From positions 1,984,001-2,048,000 of the forward strand of contig OZ374563.1 of NCBI GenBank assembly GCA_977862235.1: a DNA stretch of 64,000 nucleotides, read 5' to 3'. A program made the position numbers and the translations under genes. How positions within the stretch are numbered: position 1 is the stretch's first letter; each line of letters opens with the position of its first letter. The DNA is from Dudresnaya verticillata. Taxonomy: Eukaryota. A model generated the notes under the pieces. It was not told where the DNA came from and ran no database searches. It saw only the letters and a list, made by a program, of their open reading frames with translations. Below are positions 1-10,335 of this stretch, in pieces.

Positions 1-706
1 GTACGAAGATCCCATGACCTAACTGACGTTACTATTGTTCTGTTCCCCGTGAAAGCTGTGCCAACATATTGGCAATCAACCACAGCCACAATTTGCCTTG
101 AACCGGGGTGTCCGGAACATTGGTCAACTGTGCACAAACTGTACAGCAACCACTGCGTCCGTGATCCTGCTTTTTTGCGGTGGAAAATAGCCTGCAAGTA
201 CCCTATTATTACTTGTTACTTTGGCAAGAAGGCCTCGTCGAGGTACCGAACGTTTGCAAATTGGTGCGGCACGACCTACTCGTATCGCGTAGGTTTGCGA
301 AGATTCGAGTAGTTTCTTTTTCTTGTGCGCGTGCGTGGCTGCAATCACCCCAGAGTCAAAGGTTTCTTTATCTTAGGATACATTTCGGATTCAGACGCAG
401 CTTGTCATGGCAAAAAATTGCTCGTGTTGCCTTCCAAACGTTTGGTGTACAATTGCGTCTGGATATGAATAGAGCATCTTAGGATGGATGAGAGTGGAAT
501 TCGAGATGTAACACCTGTCCTGCAGCAAAATCCTGTAAGACTATCTGCTTCGGTTTTTCCAACCACGAGTCAGCGAGGCTCACAGCTCTCGCAAGAGCTC
601 AAGGAGATCGGCCGAAACGATATTCTGTCGACGCAAGCTCCTAAGCAGCAGTCTTCGTATGCTCAGTTCACCGCTTTGATGGTATTGGACCTCAGGGCTG
701 CTTGTC

Positions 707-2050
707 ATGGTCTCCCAAGCTATCCCTCTCAACATTATGGGAGCTATCGTACTGAATAGGGCAACCAGTTTGGAAACAAGAGGAGGAGAACGAATCCCTT
801 CTACATATAATCGAGCCATGGTCCAGAGCGAGGTTGCGAAGCCACTGAGAAGCAGCGGCCGGTTCGTGCAGGTTTTCAAGTTTTTAGCCCTGAACAGGGA
901 GCAAGAGCGCATCAAAATGGGGTTTCTGCAGGTCCCGCGTGGCTACACGGATTCAGCGCTGACGGAAGCTCTGAAGAAGGCACAACTCATGTGCCCAGCA
1001 TACCCGTTCGTATTCTCCAAAGACCCCAAGGCCATGCAGGAACATCGGGGGAGCGATATGCCCCAGAACGGTGTGGAAATAGCCGTTATGGCTCGTGCCC
1101 CAGGTCAACATGGCGGAGGGTTCTCGCTCGACCTCAGGAGCGAGTATCACTGCATCCCCTCCCCAGAAAGGCAGAAATTCGCATGCATGTCCTCTCTACA
1201 AACACCAAAACACAAGCTGCTGCGCCCAGGCACCAAGTCCCCAGTTCTGGTCGAAGAGAAGTCTCCCGAAGTACTTGTGGAGATAATGACAACATTATGT
1301 CCGGAGGGCGGGTCAGTTCTGGATATGCACAGCGGAACCATGACGACTGAGATTGCAGCTCTCAGAACAGATCGTCGGTGTACACTAGTCGAATCACAAG
1401 TCGAAACATTCAAGTTGGGGGCTGAACGTTTGCGTAGGCTTGCCACTAAAGCATATGAAATGAAGACAGGTCGTAAGCGGTTCGAATCAAGTACTCACGA
1501 GGAACTGAATGGTATAGGTGAGGCAACAATAGGTAGTGTTGTCAAAACAGATTCTGCTCAACGAACAAACCATTCAGTAACGAGTAAGGGACCTGAAATG
1601 TCCCATCTGACGACACCGTCGGAGAACGTATTGGATGACCCCGAAGAGAGTATCGAGAAGCATGGCAGGAGTGAAGACATAGTTGTAGGAAGTGTGAAGC
1701 TCAATGAAAAGTGCAAGAGAAGGAAAACACCTGAACCTTGTGAAATGCCCAAGGCCGGAGACAGAGTCACGCTTCTTGCAGATGATAGGGAAGTGGGGGA
1801 GGCCTTATTGCATCCTGAAAAGACTACAGGAGGGAACTGGAATGAACGCTTGCACGGCCACGATCTGTCAGAATCTGCCAAAGCAGGGGAGCATCTTGTG
1901 GTCGCGTACAGTTTGAAGGTCATGGTAGAGTATGAGCTAAGTTCGTATCCGTATATATTCAAGAGCGTAGAGGAACCTCCTGCCAATCTCAAGGGCCTAA
2001 ACGGCTTGTTGTTCTCGTGGGACTTGCACAATGTGAAGAAGATTGGGTAG
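707..2050 (+). CDS. Partial beta-class amino-DNA methyltransferase (N6_N4_Mtase-like C-terminal half) fused to a Tnp1/En/Spm (Transposase_23-like) C-terminal domain; probably 5'-truncated or a pseudogene
   Basis: EEKSPEVLVEIMTTLCPEGGSVLDMHSGTMTTEIAALRTDRRCTLVESQVETFKLGAERL follows the MTase motif X-I-II pattern (xKPxxL...PGDxVLDPFxGSGTT..AA....R..IG.E....). The C-terminus (VGEA...LHGHDL...LVV...V...YPY...PPANL..LNG.LFSW) resembles the TnpA/Tnp1 C-terminal domain. No DPPY/SPPY motif in the ORF, and the first ~80 aa look unrelated. Confidence 0.7.
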   Translation: MVSQAIPLNIMGAIVLNRATSLETRGGERIPSTYNRAMVQSEVAKPLRSSGRFVQVFKFLALNREQERIKMGFLQVPRGYTDSALTEALKKAQLMCPAYPFVFSKDPKAMQEHRGSDMPQNGVEIAVMARAPGQHGGGFSLDLRSEYHCIPSPERQKFACMSSLQTPKHKLLRPGTKSPVLVEEKSPEVLVEIMTTLCPEGGSVLDMHSGTMTTEIAALRTDRRCTLVESQVETFKLGAERLRRLATKAYEMKTGRKRFESSTHEELNGIGEATIGSVVKTDSAQRTNHSVTSKGPEMSHLTTPSENVLDDPEESIEKHGRSEDIVVGSVKLNEKCKRRKTPEPCEMPKAGDRVTLLADDREVGEALLHPEKTTGGNWNERLHGHDLSESAKAGEHLVVAYSLKVMVEYELSSYPYIFKSVEEPPANLKGLNGLLFSWDLHNVKKIG

Positions 2051-2567
2051 GATTTGGAGTCAGTACAGTACTATTGTCATAGCCCGAATTGAACATTTCT
2101 CGAGCATCCGTATTCTGGACATGTCTTTGCGTCTTGCTTCCGCCATGGTTCATGAATTGGACGTCCTTCAGGTACCATTTACTCGAATAACGCTAGTGCT
2201 TCCACGTGCCGTACTATGAACGCGGGGGTTATATTTGGTCCACCAAACAGAATCTTTCTCGGAAGGCTGTCGCGAGCGTGGGACATGTGCCGTACTGCTG
2301 CAGTTGTTGCCAACGTTGCGGCATATTGGCAGTAAGTGATTGATCGATTACGTACCGGGGTGCGCCCAGGGCTGTCTCCAACGCATATGAAGTGGAAACC
2401 CGTGAGCTCGTGGAAGGATGGACCATGTATTGTCCAGGCACGCAGTGATCCTGTCGCAGTTAAAGGCCTCGGCCATTTCGGAAAGAGAGCTGAGATGAAA
2501 CGAAGTGTTCGTTCACCACCATAATCTGCTGTGACCAGAATACCGCTGTATCGAGACCAAGGATAAA

Positions 2568-3081
2568 TTGATTCTGGATGTGGAAAAGCTGTACAACGCC
2601 GTTAAACGTCGGATGGATGAATATCTTAATCGTGAAGCACGAAATTGGACGCACCACAGCCCTAGCAGTGACGACGACATTCTGGACCACCACAATGACC
2701 TCGATCGTGCCCAAATGGTTTGGGAATCATCACAACAATTTTACGCAGACAAGATGATGATGGAGCATTTCCACCATCAGAAAGTTTTTGGAAAAGTTGT
2801 ACAGGTTGCTGCTGAAGAAAATCTTTCTCGTGGGAAGGGGCAAGTACGTACACGGTGCGGCCCATGCCATAGACTTCGCGATCGTCGAAACGCTGCACAG
2901 GGGCGGAGAGAACACGTATCAACTGGCCCGTTACACACATCTGCTTTGCGCCAAATTCTACATGTCCAACAGCCGCGCAATGAAACCGGAGGTGAGGATG
3001 TGCATCATGAGGAGCCTGAACAATGAACTGTCTAGTTGTGAGGAGCTGTATATGCGGAAGAATGCTAGCAGCGACTGCTAA
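2568..3081 (+). pseudogene. Frameshifted ORF of unknown function (2568-~2790 joined to 2788-3081), possibly a transposon accessory gene
   Basis: Two overlapping same-strand ORFs join at a T-run (AGTTTTTGG, ~2783-2791) into a protein-like reading. No recognisable domain. Confidence 0.3.
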
Positions 3082-3387
3082 CATTATATATAGTAAATTA
3101 CTGGCCTTCTCCCATCAGCAAAGCAATGCGCTTCATGCCATGTGGCGGACTACAATGGGGGATGGGACCATTGAAGTATAGCATGGTCCTCAGCTGCGGT
3201 GCAATAAACGCGGCGCAGACAACAGATTGCGATGGGGCCAGGCCGGTATTATGCAGAGCTGCAGGGCAGGATTACGGCGCCCGTCTACGCCAAAACCTAA
3301 GTCCGAATCGCGGGTGCGCAAGCGGCTTAGCTACCTGGTAGTGTACCAGGTCGGACGGGTAGTGGGCCCAGTTGTGAGGACGGGTCA

Positions 3388-3889
3388 GAATGCGGGTAGC
3401 CGTGCCGCACGGGAGCGGGGTAGGGGTGAGGGAGGCGTATCGGGGGACTGCTGGGAGGGGAGGACCGTGCGTCAGAATGCGGGCACTTGATGAGGACGTG
3501 TCAGAATGCGGCCGGGCGCGGTGCGCAGGAGCGCGGGGACGGGTGGCGGCGAGGTGTCGGTCTACGGCAGGGAGGGGCTGACCGTGAGACAGAGTGCTGT
3601 CACATCCGGACTGGGGCGGGGAGGAGCCCCACCAGTCTGGGACGGGGTGGGGAAGCGCGCCTCATTACGCGCAAGGCAGAAGCAGAGCGCGTGCGCACGC
3701 GCCGGAATGCGGATTGTGTGGGCCAGTAGCAGCACCAGGAAGGGTGATGGTGGGAGCGGCTGTCGGACGTGAGGAGGTGGCCGAGCGCGCATCGGAATGC
3801 GGTGGGAAGCCAAGTCCGAGCGCGCCGGAATGCGGTGGGAAGCCAAGTCCAAGCGCCTCGGAATGCGGTGAGAAGTCGCCAGAATGCGG
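3388..3889. repeat. Cluster of 8 GAATGCGG motifs, including a ~33-bp tandem repeat (3795/3828/3861); subterminal-repeat-like
   Basis: GAATGCGG at 3388, 3475, 3504, 3705, 3795, 3828, 3861 and 3882; CGGAATGCGGTGGGAAGCCAAGTCC occurs twice. Confidence 0.85.
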
Positions 3890-3899
3890 TGTGCCGTCG

Positions 3900-4191
3900 G
3901 GGGCGGGGACGGGGGCGGCGGGACGGGCCAGACTCAATTTCTGGAGAATGTTTAATTCGAACTTTTCAAAAAAATCACAACTTTCCGAAACTTTCGACCC
4001 CGGGGGAGCCCCATATGCCGGAGCGCATAACTACAAAACTATTTGCGTTTGCTCCGATCTGTTTGCACCACTATTCTCAGGGTAACGCCCCCTTTCCAAC
4101 GCGCTATCGAACGACGGGATTCAAGGACCCTCAAAAAATTCTGTTCTGTTTTGCAAATTATGTAGACGGCGAAATTAGTGTTATGGGCGGG
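3900..4191. mobile_element. Putative DNA-transposon terminus 1 (minus strand reads CCCGCCCATAACACT...)
   Basis: Shares ordered motifs with 4840-5152: GC-rich GGGCCAG, AATTTCTG.AGAA, TTCTCAG, ATTCTGTTC, AAATT.TG.AG, AGTGTTAT. Confidence 0.4.
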
Positions 4192-4839
4192 CAATTCAAT
4201 GGTGTTCACGATGCGCAACGCCATTGCGGGAAGTTGTAGACAAAACCCGACACCAAATCCGATTTGAAGTGTGGTCTTACACACGAACGTATAGCTTGGT
4301 TCCGATGTCGAGGTGTAGCGATATGAAAGTTAACTTAAAAGCTGGACACACTGGCAACTCGATGCGTACGAATATCGCGAATAATACTCAAGTTCAGACC
4401 TCTAAGACAGCACCACCCCGTTAACACTTCCACAAAGTACCAGTATTGCCCGTGCATCGCGCCCTGCCTCGGCGAGGTGGTTCTACTGAGATCTTTCTGT
4501 TCTGGATTGTGTGCCTTGAGGTGAGAGCAGACTGCGAGGCAAGCAACGAAACCAAGCAGGCAGTGACACCCCCTGAGCAGCAGTAACTAGGATAGATGCG
4601 GGTGCGGCGGCAGTGCCTCCCCGGTGCTGTGACCGCTCACACGCAACGGCAGGCGAACGTTAGCGCAGCTGCGTGGCAACGAAGGGCGCGCGCGGTCATT
4701 ATCAGCGATCATCACGACGGGGTGGCTGTGACAGGAGTGTTGGGGTGGGGCGTTATGTCTCCGACAGTGCAACAACGCGGGTGCTGCTCATGGCCTGGCG
4801 AGCTGTGTGCCATGGGGCATACGGCAGTGCCAACGCTCA

Positions 4840-5152
4840 GAGGCGGGGCGGCCGGGCCAGTGGAAAATTGCGGCAAGTCGGGCCTGGCCCGCGGGCCATT
4901 GGCGGGGCCCCGGGGAAATTTCTGAGAAATATTTCCGGAACATTTCACAGGAAATTCGGGACATTTCAGAGGCGCATTTAGCTGTGTGCGGACGACTAAA
5001 ACTTCGGAACGGATAGGCTTTAGAGCACGCGGTTTCCACCGTTGTTCTCAGCTCGCTCTCCTATATCGAAGGCATGTAAGAAACGAGGGGTCTTTTTGAT
5101 TCTGTTCAAATCGGAAAATTCTGAAGCTGTAAAAGTCAGTGTTATAACTCTG
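4840..5152. mobile_element. Putative DNA-transposon terminus 2 (minus strand reads CAGAGTTATAACACT...), abutting and truncating pol of retroelement B
   Basis: Homology of B pol (…TIRLNRRVTI) stops abruptly at 5153. The adjacent sequence parallels 3900-4191. Confidence 0.45.
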
Positions 5153-8100
5153 GATAGTGACTCGGCGGTTCAAACGAATAGTGCGGGTGTCTCGTTCCCA
5201 ATCGTGGAGCTCGCGTTGATACCGCTTCGATAACGTCTTCTCGAATTTCTGCTTTGGATTTTTCGAATTAGTAGCGGGCGGAGCCGATCCAGCAATGCGA
5301 TTGATAATCGGAATCGTGCTTCCACTCTTCGTGATGAGCCTCCGTGTGCTGAGCTCGATGCTTCGTAAATGTGCGTCCATCCATGAAGTTCCAAGGAGAA
5401 CGTCGAATGCGAGTTTCTCCGCAACCGCGAAGGGTACGTGGTATCGAACGTTCCCAATGCGGACTCTCAGGTAAACGATACCATCGAGTCGCAACGGGGT
5501 GCGATCAGCGGACGCAAGCCTCGGAGCTGATTCCATCGTGGACGCGTTCGCTTCCCAACCGATGGGTAACGCAGCCCGGGGTATTACGTTGTAACCGGAA
5601 CAAGTATCGACAGCAAGCGTATGCGGCCCCATTACGGAGGCATCGAGGCCAATGGATCCGGTCACGAGGAAGATTTCCGAAGTTATCAAGCAAACGTATC
5701 CCTCGGTGGTAACTTCTGGTTCGATCTTCGAGATCGGTATCTTCTTCGAGTTGTTTTCGCACGAAGCGTCTTTCGCGAGGACTCGACATCGCTTTCGATC
5801 TCGTCGGCGTGCAGCGCGCTTCCTTCGCATCGCAGCGGCTCTCGGAATCGGAATATGCGGGGTGTCTCGGGGCACGGATTCAGACTAAGTACGTGACACA
5901 AAGGGCGTCTTCGCCTTTACTCGTTTTGCGAACTCGAACTAGAATCCGAATTACTAGGGTCCGCATCCAAAGCGGTGGTTGATCGATCACCCCTTCCGCT
6001 ATTCGTGGAGTCTTCGGAAGCCTCCGAGGGCAGGTTCAGGTGACTAGGCTCAATCGCGTCAGCGTTTTCACGGATTGCGAGAACCGGTTGGCGGCCCGGA
6101 GCCTGCACGTGTCTCGGGTTCCGGAGGACGGTCGGCGATCCTCGATGCTCGAAGCTGACTTGTCGCTGAGCTCGGTCCCTCGGGTGACGCATATCGCTTT
6201 GATGAAGGTCTTGATTTATGCGATTGTCACGCGATCTTCGGGAGTACTGTACACGGTGACCTCGATTGTCAACGGACACGAACGAATTCCCTCTTGCGGC
6301 ACCGCGATTCACGAAGTTTATTACGCGTATACGGTCTCGTCCCGAGGTGATAGATATAGTTCTGGTATGCGCAGTAGGCGTGTTGCTCCTTCGTGACAAC
6401 GGACACGAATGCATCAGGTGACCGATTTCGCAGCAAAACTAACACGGCCACGGATCCTAATTCTTCGGGATCATCGAACAAGCCATCCCGATTTGCTCCG
6501 AGGTCATCTACGGGACATGCGCGGGTACGAATCGCTCGGTGCGACTCATAAGATCCAGCATATCGTCCACGGAGACCGCTGTCGAAGTAGTCGGTGTAGC
6601 GGACGTGGACCTGGTCCTGAACGGATCATTATCACTGCCATTTGCGGATCTTCGTTCATCGCGTACTCGAAATCACTCCCGGGTGTATCGTAAGCCTCGA
6701 TAAGCATCGTGCGTACGGGTGCTTGACGACTCTTTGGGTACGTAGCAGATGCTAAGTTCTTCGAATCACGCGACTGTTGGGCCGCGGTGTCACGTGCTTC
6801 GCGGGCTCGGAATGTCGTGCCTTCGGCTTGCGCGATTCGGTGCACCCTCATGAAGTTCGTTTGCTTGGACAGCGGGAATCTGCGACCCTTATCGTCCACG
6901 ATGGGGTACATAGTTGGTAGCAACCCACGAATAACGTAGCGAAGAGTCATCGTAGACACCGGAGCAAACATTCGCATAGCCTTGTAAACTGGTCGCGAAA
7001 TCCATTTCGGTTTCGTCCGAATTCTGCTTTGCTGGAATCACGCCGTCGAGTGCGTCAGCGATTACGTCTTCCGTGAGAACGCGTTGTAGCAATACGTTCA
7101 CGATAGCGGACCAGCAAACAGGGTTGCCAGTACGAATGCACGCCTCCGAAGGCATATTGTTGATACACCTTGAGCGCGGTCTCGTCGAGGAACCACAAAA
7201 TCGTTCGAACTGCTGCTCCTTCGGTGATCCCGACTCCGTTCAACGCTTGGCGAATATCACGAAGAAATGGGAGAACCTCAATCGGATCGCGTCCCGTGAA
7301 TTTCTCGAGTCTCGGCATCATCGAACGCATACGTGAAACGGTCTTCGATGTGGCACCTCGGAATACCTCGTGTTGGTTATCTAGAGGTGACGAATTCGTA
7401 AGTCGATACGATCGATAACTCACGGCCAGCGCGAAGTCGGGAATGAGCCTCGGAATCGGCTCGACACCTGTCTCAAGCGGTGCTCCGTGCCGAAACGATG
7501 ACACGGGTCCCGCGAGCGATAAAGGATTTTCGAATGCGGGTCCTCCGGGAGACATCGGTGGTTGAAACAAATCTTGGAAGACTGCGGGGTTGATACGGGG
7601 GTTGATGGATTCACCCGTTGCCGGATGCGAAGGAGTAGGACGAGGAAACTGATTCGGGTACGTATTCTTCGGTAACGTAGATTGGATACCCGGGCCTTGC
7701 ACGGGTTGAACTAGCGGCTAATTGCGGGGCCCGGGGCGGGCATCGGGACGGTATTCGCGACATCGTGTCTTTTCCTTCTGTAACGCGGCGGACACGATGT
7801 CACGAATAGCCTTCAACTGGTCCTATGAAAACGCGTGCGAGGTCCGAACGGGAAATGAGTGACTCGCCTTACCCACGGGGATGGTTGCGGTGCGCTTGAG
7901 CACGAGGGAACGGTTGCTAACTCCCGAGACGAGATCCCGGAGACTCTCGAGTGAGTCTTCGATGCTACGGACCTTGTCAGCACGGAGATTGTCGAACTCT
8001 GCGTGAACTCGATTATGAGTATTACGAATTGAAAGCTGCGTGATACGGTACGCAGTGGACAGCGCGTTGATGACCTCGCCGTAAAAAAACGTAGCTCGGC

Positions 8101-8450
8101 ACCGGAGACTTCCTTCGTCGAGAAGCGTCGATCGACGGTACCCGAGGGGACGATTTCCAACGGAGTGTACGTATACGAAAGGTCGGAGTGGCTACCGTGA
8201 GCCTGCGAACGCGAGTCCGCGCGAAGATCGGGTTCCGTCATACGTGAAGCGCGAGCGCGAAAAGACGGTTCTCGGTCACTCGCTTTGGATTCGAACAACG
8301 GGAGCTCCGGAATAGGTACGGTATCTTGTTTCGGAACCGGCGATTCGGGACGACTCGGAGCTTGAGACATCGTGTCTCTGGTAACGACGAATTACGAATA
8401 AATGCGAAACTTCGGAACCACGTTCTAGGTCGGGAGACCAGTGTGGTATC
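5153..8450 (-). mobile_element. Element B: degenerate Ty3/Gypsy 5' half (PBS, fragmented gag, protease); its LTR is reduced to 9 bp (8442-8450) by insertion of C
   Basis: PBS at 8423-8440. Gag fragments 7813-8370, 7055-7702 (SYRSYRL, FTGRDPIEVLPFL), 6546-6977 and 5917-6414. Aspartic protease AVDTCSGYNVI...FDVLLGTSWM in 5153-5875. Confidence 0.85.
8423..8440 (-). other. Primer binding site TGGTCTCCCGACCTAGAA (element B)
   Basis: 18-mer beginning TGG, 1 nt from a TG LTR edge; identical in five elements. Confidence 0.9.
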
Positions 8451-10008
8451 TGTAGTATAGACGTCGGGTCGATCCGACGTCTGATACTTGCTGGTCCGAA
8501 GCCGCCACACAGACCCGTCGATGGGTAGCTGTTGGGGTTGGTAGAGCGGTGTCGGCCGCGTGCGCCCCGCAGGTGCGGATCGACGGTGTCGATGTCGGAG
8601 CGCGCACGGGGCGTACCGTACGCGGGTAGGCAGCGGCCGGATCCCAGCGTCCCTGTCGAAGGGCGGCACGAAGCCGACGGAAAGGAAAAGGAAAGGGGAA
8701 AGCCTAGCGAGGCAAGGGGGAAAAGGGAAACCGCCCGCTGGCGTAAGGCAAAGGGATCGAACCCGAAAAGGCTAGGGGCAAGCTTTAGCGCGAGCTGTTG
8801 CTTGCCCGGTTTGTGGCATAGACGTCAGGTCGAACTGACGTCTAGCTGCGCTGGTCGATCAGTCGCATCCAAACTCGTCGAAGGGTGGTAGCTGTGGTGG
8901 TAGAGCGCGCGCCGTCGACGGTCGCAGATCAACGGCGTCGAAGCCTGAGCGCGCATGGGGCGTACCGTACGCGGGCGGCAGCGGCCGGATCCCTGCATCC
9001 CCGTCGTGGGGCGGCACGAAGCCGACGGTAGGGAAAGGAAAAGGAAAGCCTAGACGGCTAGGGACAGAGGGAAGCCGTAGGGCGAAGGACTGGGAAAGAA
9101 ACCCAAAGCAGAAAGGGCAAGCCTGGCGTAGGCTGGCTTGCCTGGTTTACTGAAGCCCAGAGGGGCGACTACTAGATATACTACAGGGCCTGCGGCGGCA
9201 CCAACCCGGGAGGTGCGCCGGCGCGCCCCGACACGCGTCGACGCGTACGGGTAACGGTAGCCCGGGGGCGCGCGTGGGCGAAACGGTCCACACGTACTCA
9301 ACGGCTCGACACCGGAGTGCGTGCGCGTAGCGCGCAGGACAGCAGGGCGCTCGACCGCCGCTTACACTAGGCGGTGCTGTACACTACAAAACAATAAACG
9401 TAGAAATTACATGGAAGTTTCAGTGTCACACGTGTACGCGTGCACACGCTGGCGCCACAGCGCACTTGCTTACAGTTCAGCGGAGCTTCGGCGCCACCGG
9501 CTGACAGCGTGCGCACAGCAGTGCACACGTGGCGCAGCTGGTCTTACAGCTGCGTGTGCGTGGCACAGCTGGTCTTACAGCTATGCCACACGGTTTACTA
9601 AGCCGTCGATGGCCGACGGTCTTAAATACCCTACACTATGTGCACTACGACTACTTCTACAGTAGGCGCGCCCCACAACACCAACGCGGGAGGTGTGCGA
9701 GCGCGCGCCCATACAAGTGTCGACACGTCCGGGTAACGGTTACCCGTGGGCGCGCGCGGGGCGTAACGGGCAGCGGCCCTCTCAACGGCTCGATGCCAGA
9801 GAGCGTCACAGGGGCGCGCCGTGTGCGGCACGGCGCGGGGCCGCTTCCGGCAGCAATGCGGTCGACCGCTACTAATTCAACGAAAAAGCTAAGGGCACGC
9901 TGCCCAACCACGACTCGCCAGCGGGCGTCATCGTGTGCACCCTTACAGTGCAGGGCTGCCAGCATACCTTACAGCCGCTGCTGGTAGGGTGCTGACAGCT
10001 ATACTACA
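8451..10008 (-). repeat. Element C 3' LTR (1558 bp) with internal duplications
   Basis: 10-bp perfect terminal inverted repeat TGTAGTATAG...CTATACTACA, followed by PPT (CGGCCCCCCCTC, 10009-10020). Duplicated blocks at ~8520-8700/~8885-9045 and ~9245-9320/~9730-9805. Confidence 0.85.
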
Positions 10009-10335
10009 CGGCCCCCCCTCAAGCGTGAGCGCCCCGCTCACGGCCGTTGAGGTTTCCCGGGGCCACGATGGCAATCCCGAGTGGCCGTTGACAGTGATTG
10101 GCACGCGCGCCCGTCGACGGTGTATGCGCGTGCCCGCCCGTCTGCGCCGCTGCGCATATAAGGATCAACGCGGAGTCGGCGCCGGGGAGGTTGCGGGTAT
10201 CGCTCTCCACGACCCCCCGTTTGCCCACACGCTTCAGCACACCAGTGACCGCTGTCGTGTGTGTGTGCCGTGCTACGCTTTCTCCGCCCCCTTCGCTCGA
10301 CGCGATTGCCCACGTCGACGTGCGGTATCGCCAAG

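Noticed and set aside
1..706. Short ORFs at the window start
   Set aside because: No recognisable motifs; possibly LTR or other decayed TE sequence, but unsupported.
3780..3890. 33-bp periodic repeats as a CRISPR array
   Set aside because: No unique spacers, only about three units, no cas genes, eukaryotic context.
8423..8440. tRNA genes at the five TTCTAGGTCGGGAGACCA sites
   Set aside because: Only the 3' 18 nt including CCA match and there is no cloverleaf upstream; these are PBSs.
5153..8440. TTCG/CGAA richness in element B as a defined motif
   Set aside because: Visible but too short and without fixed context, so it cannot be separated from compositional bias by eye.
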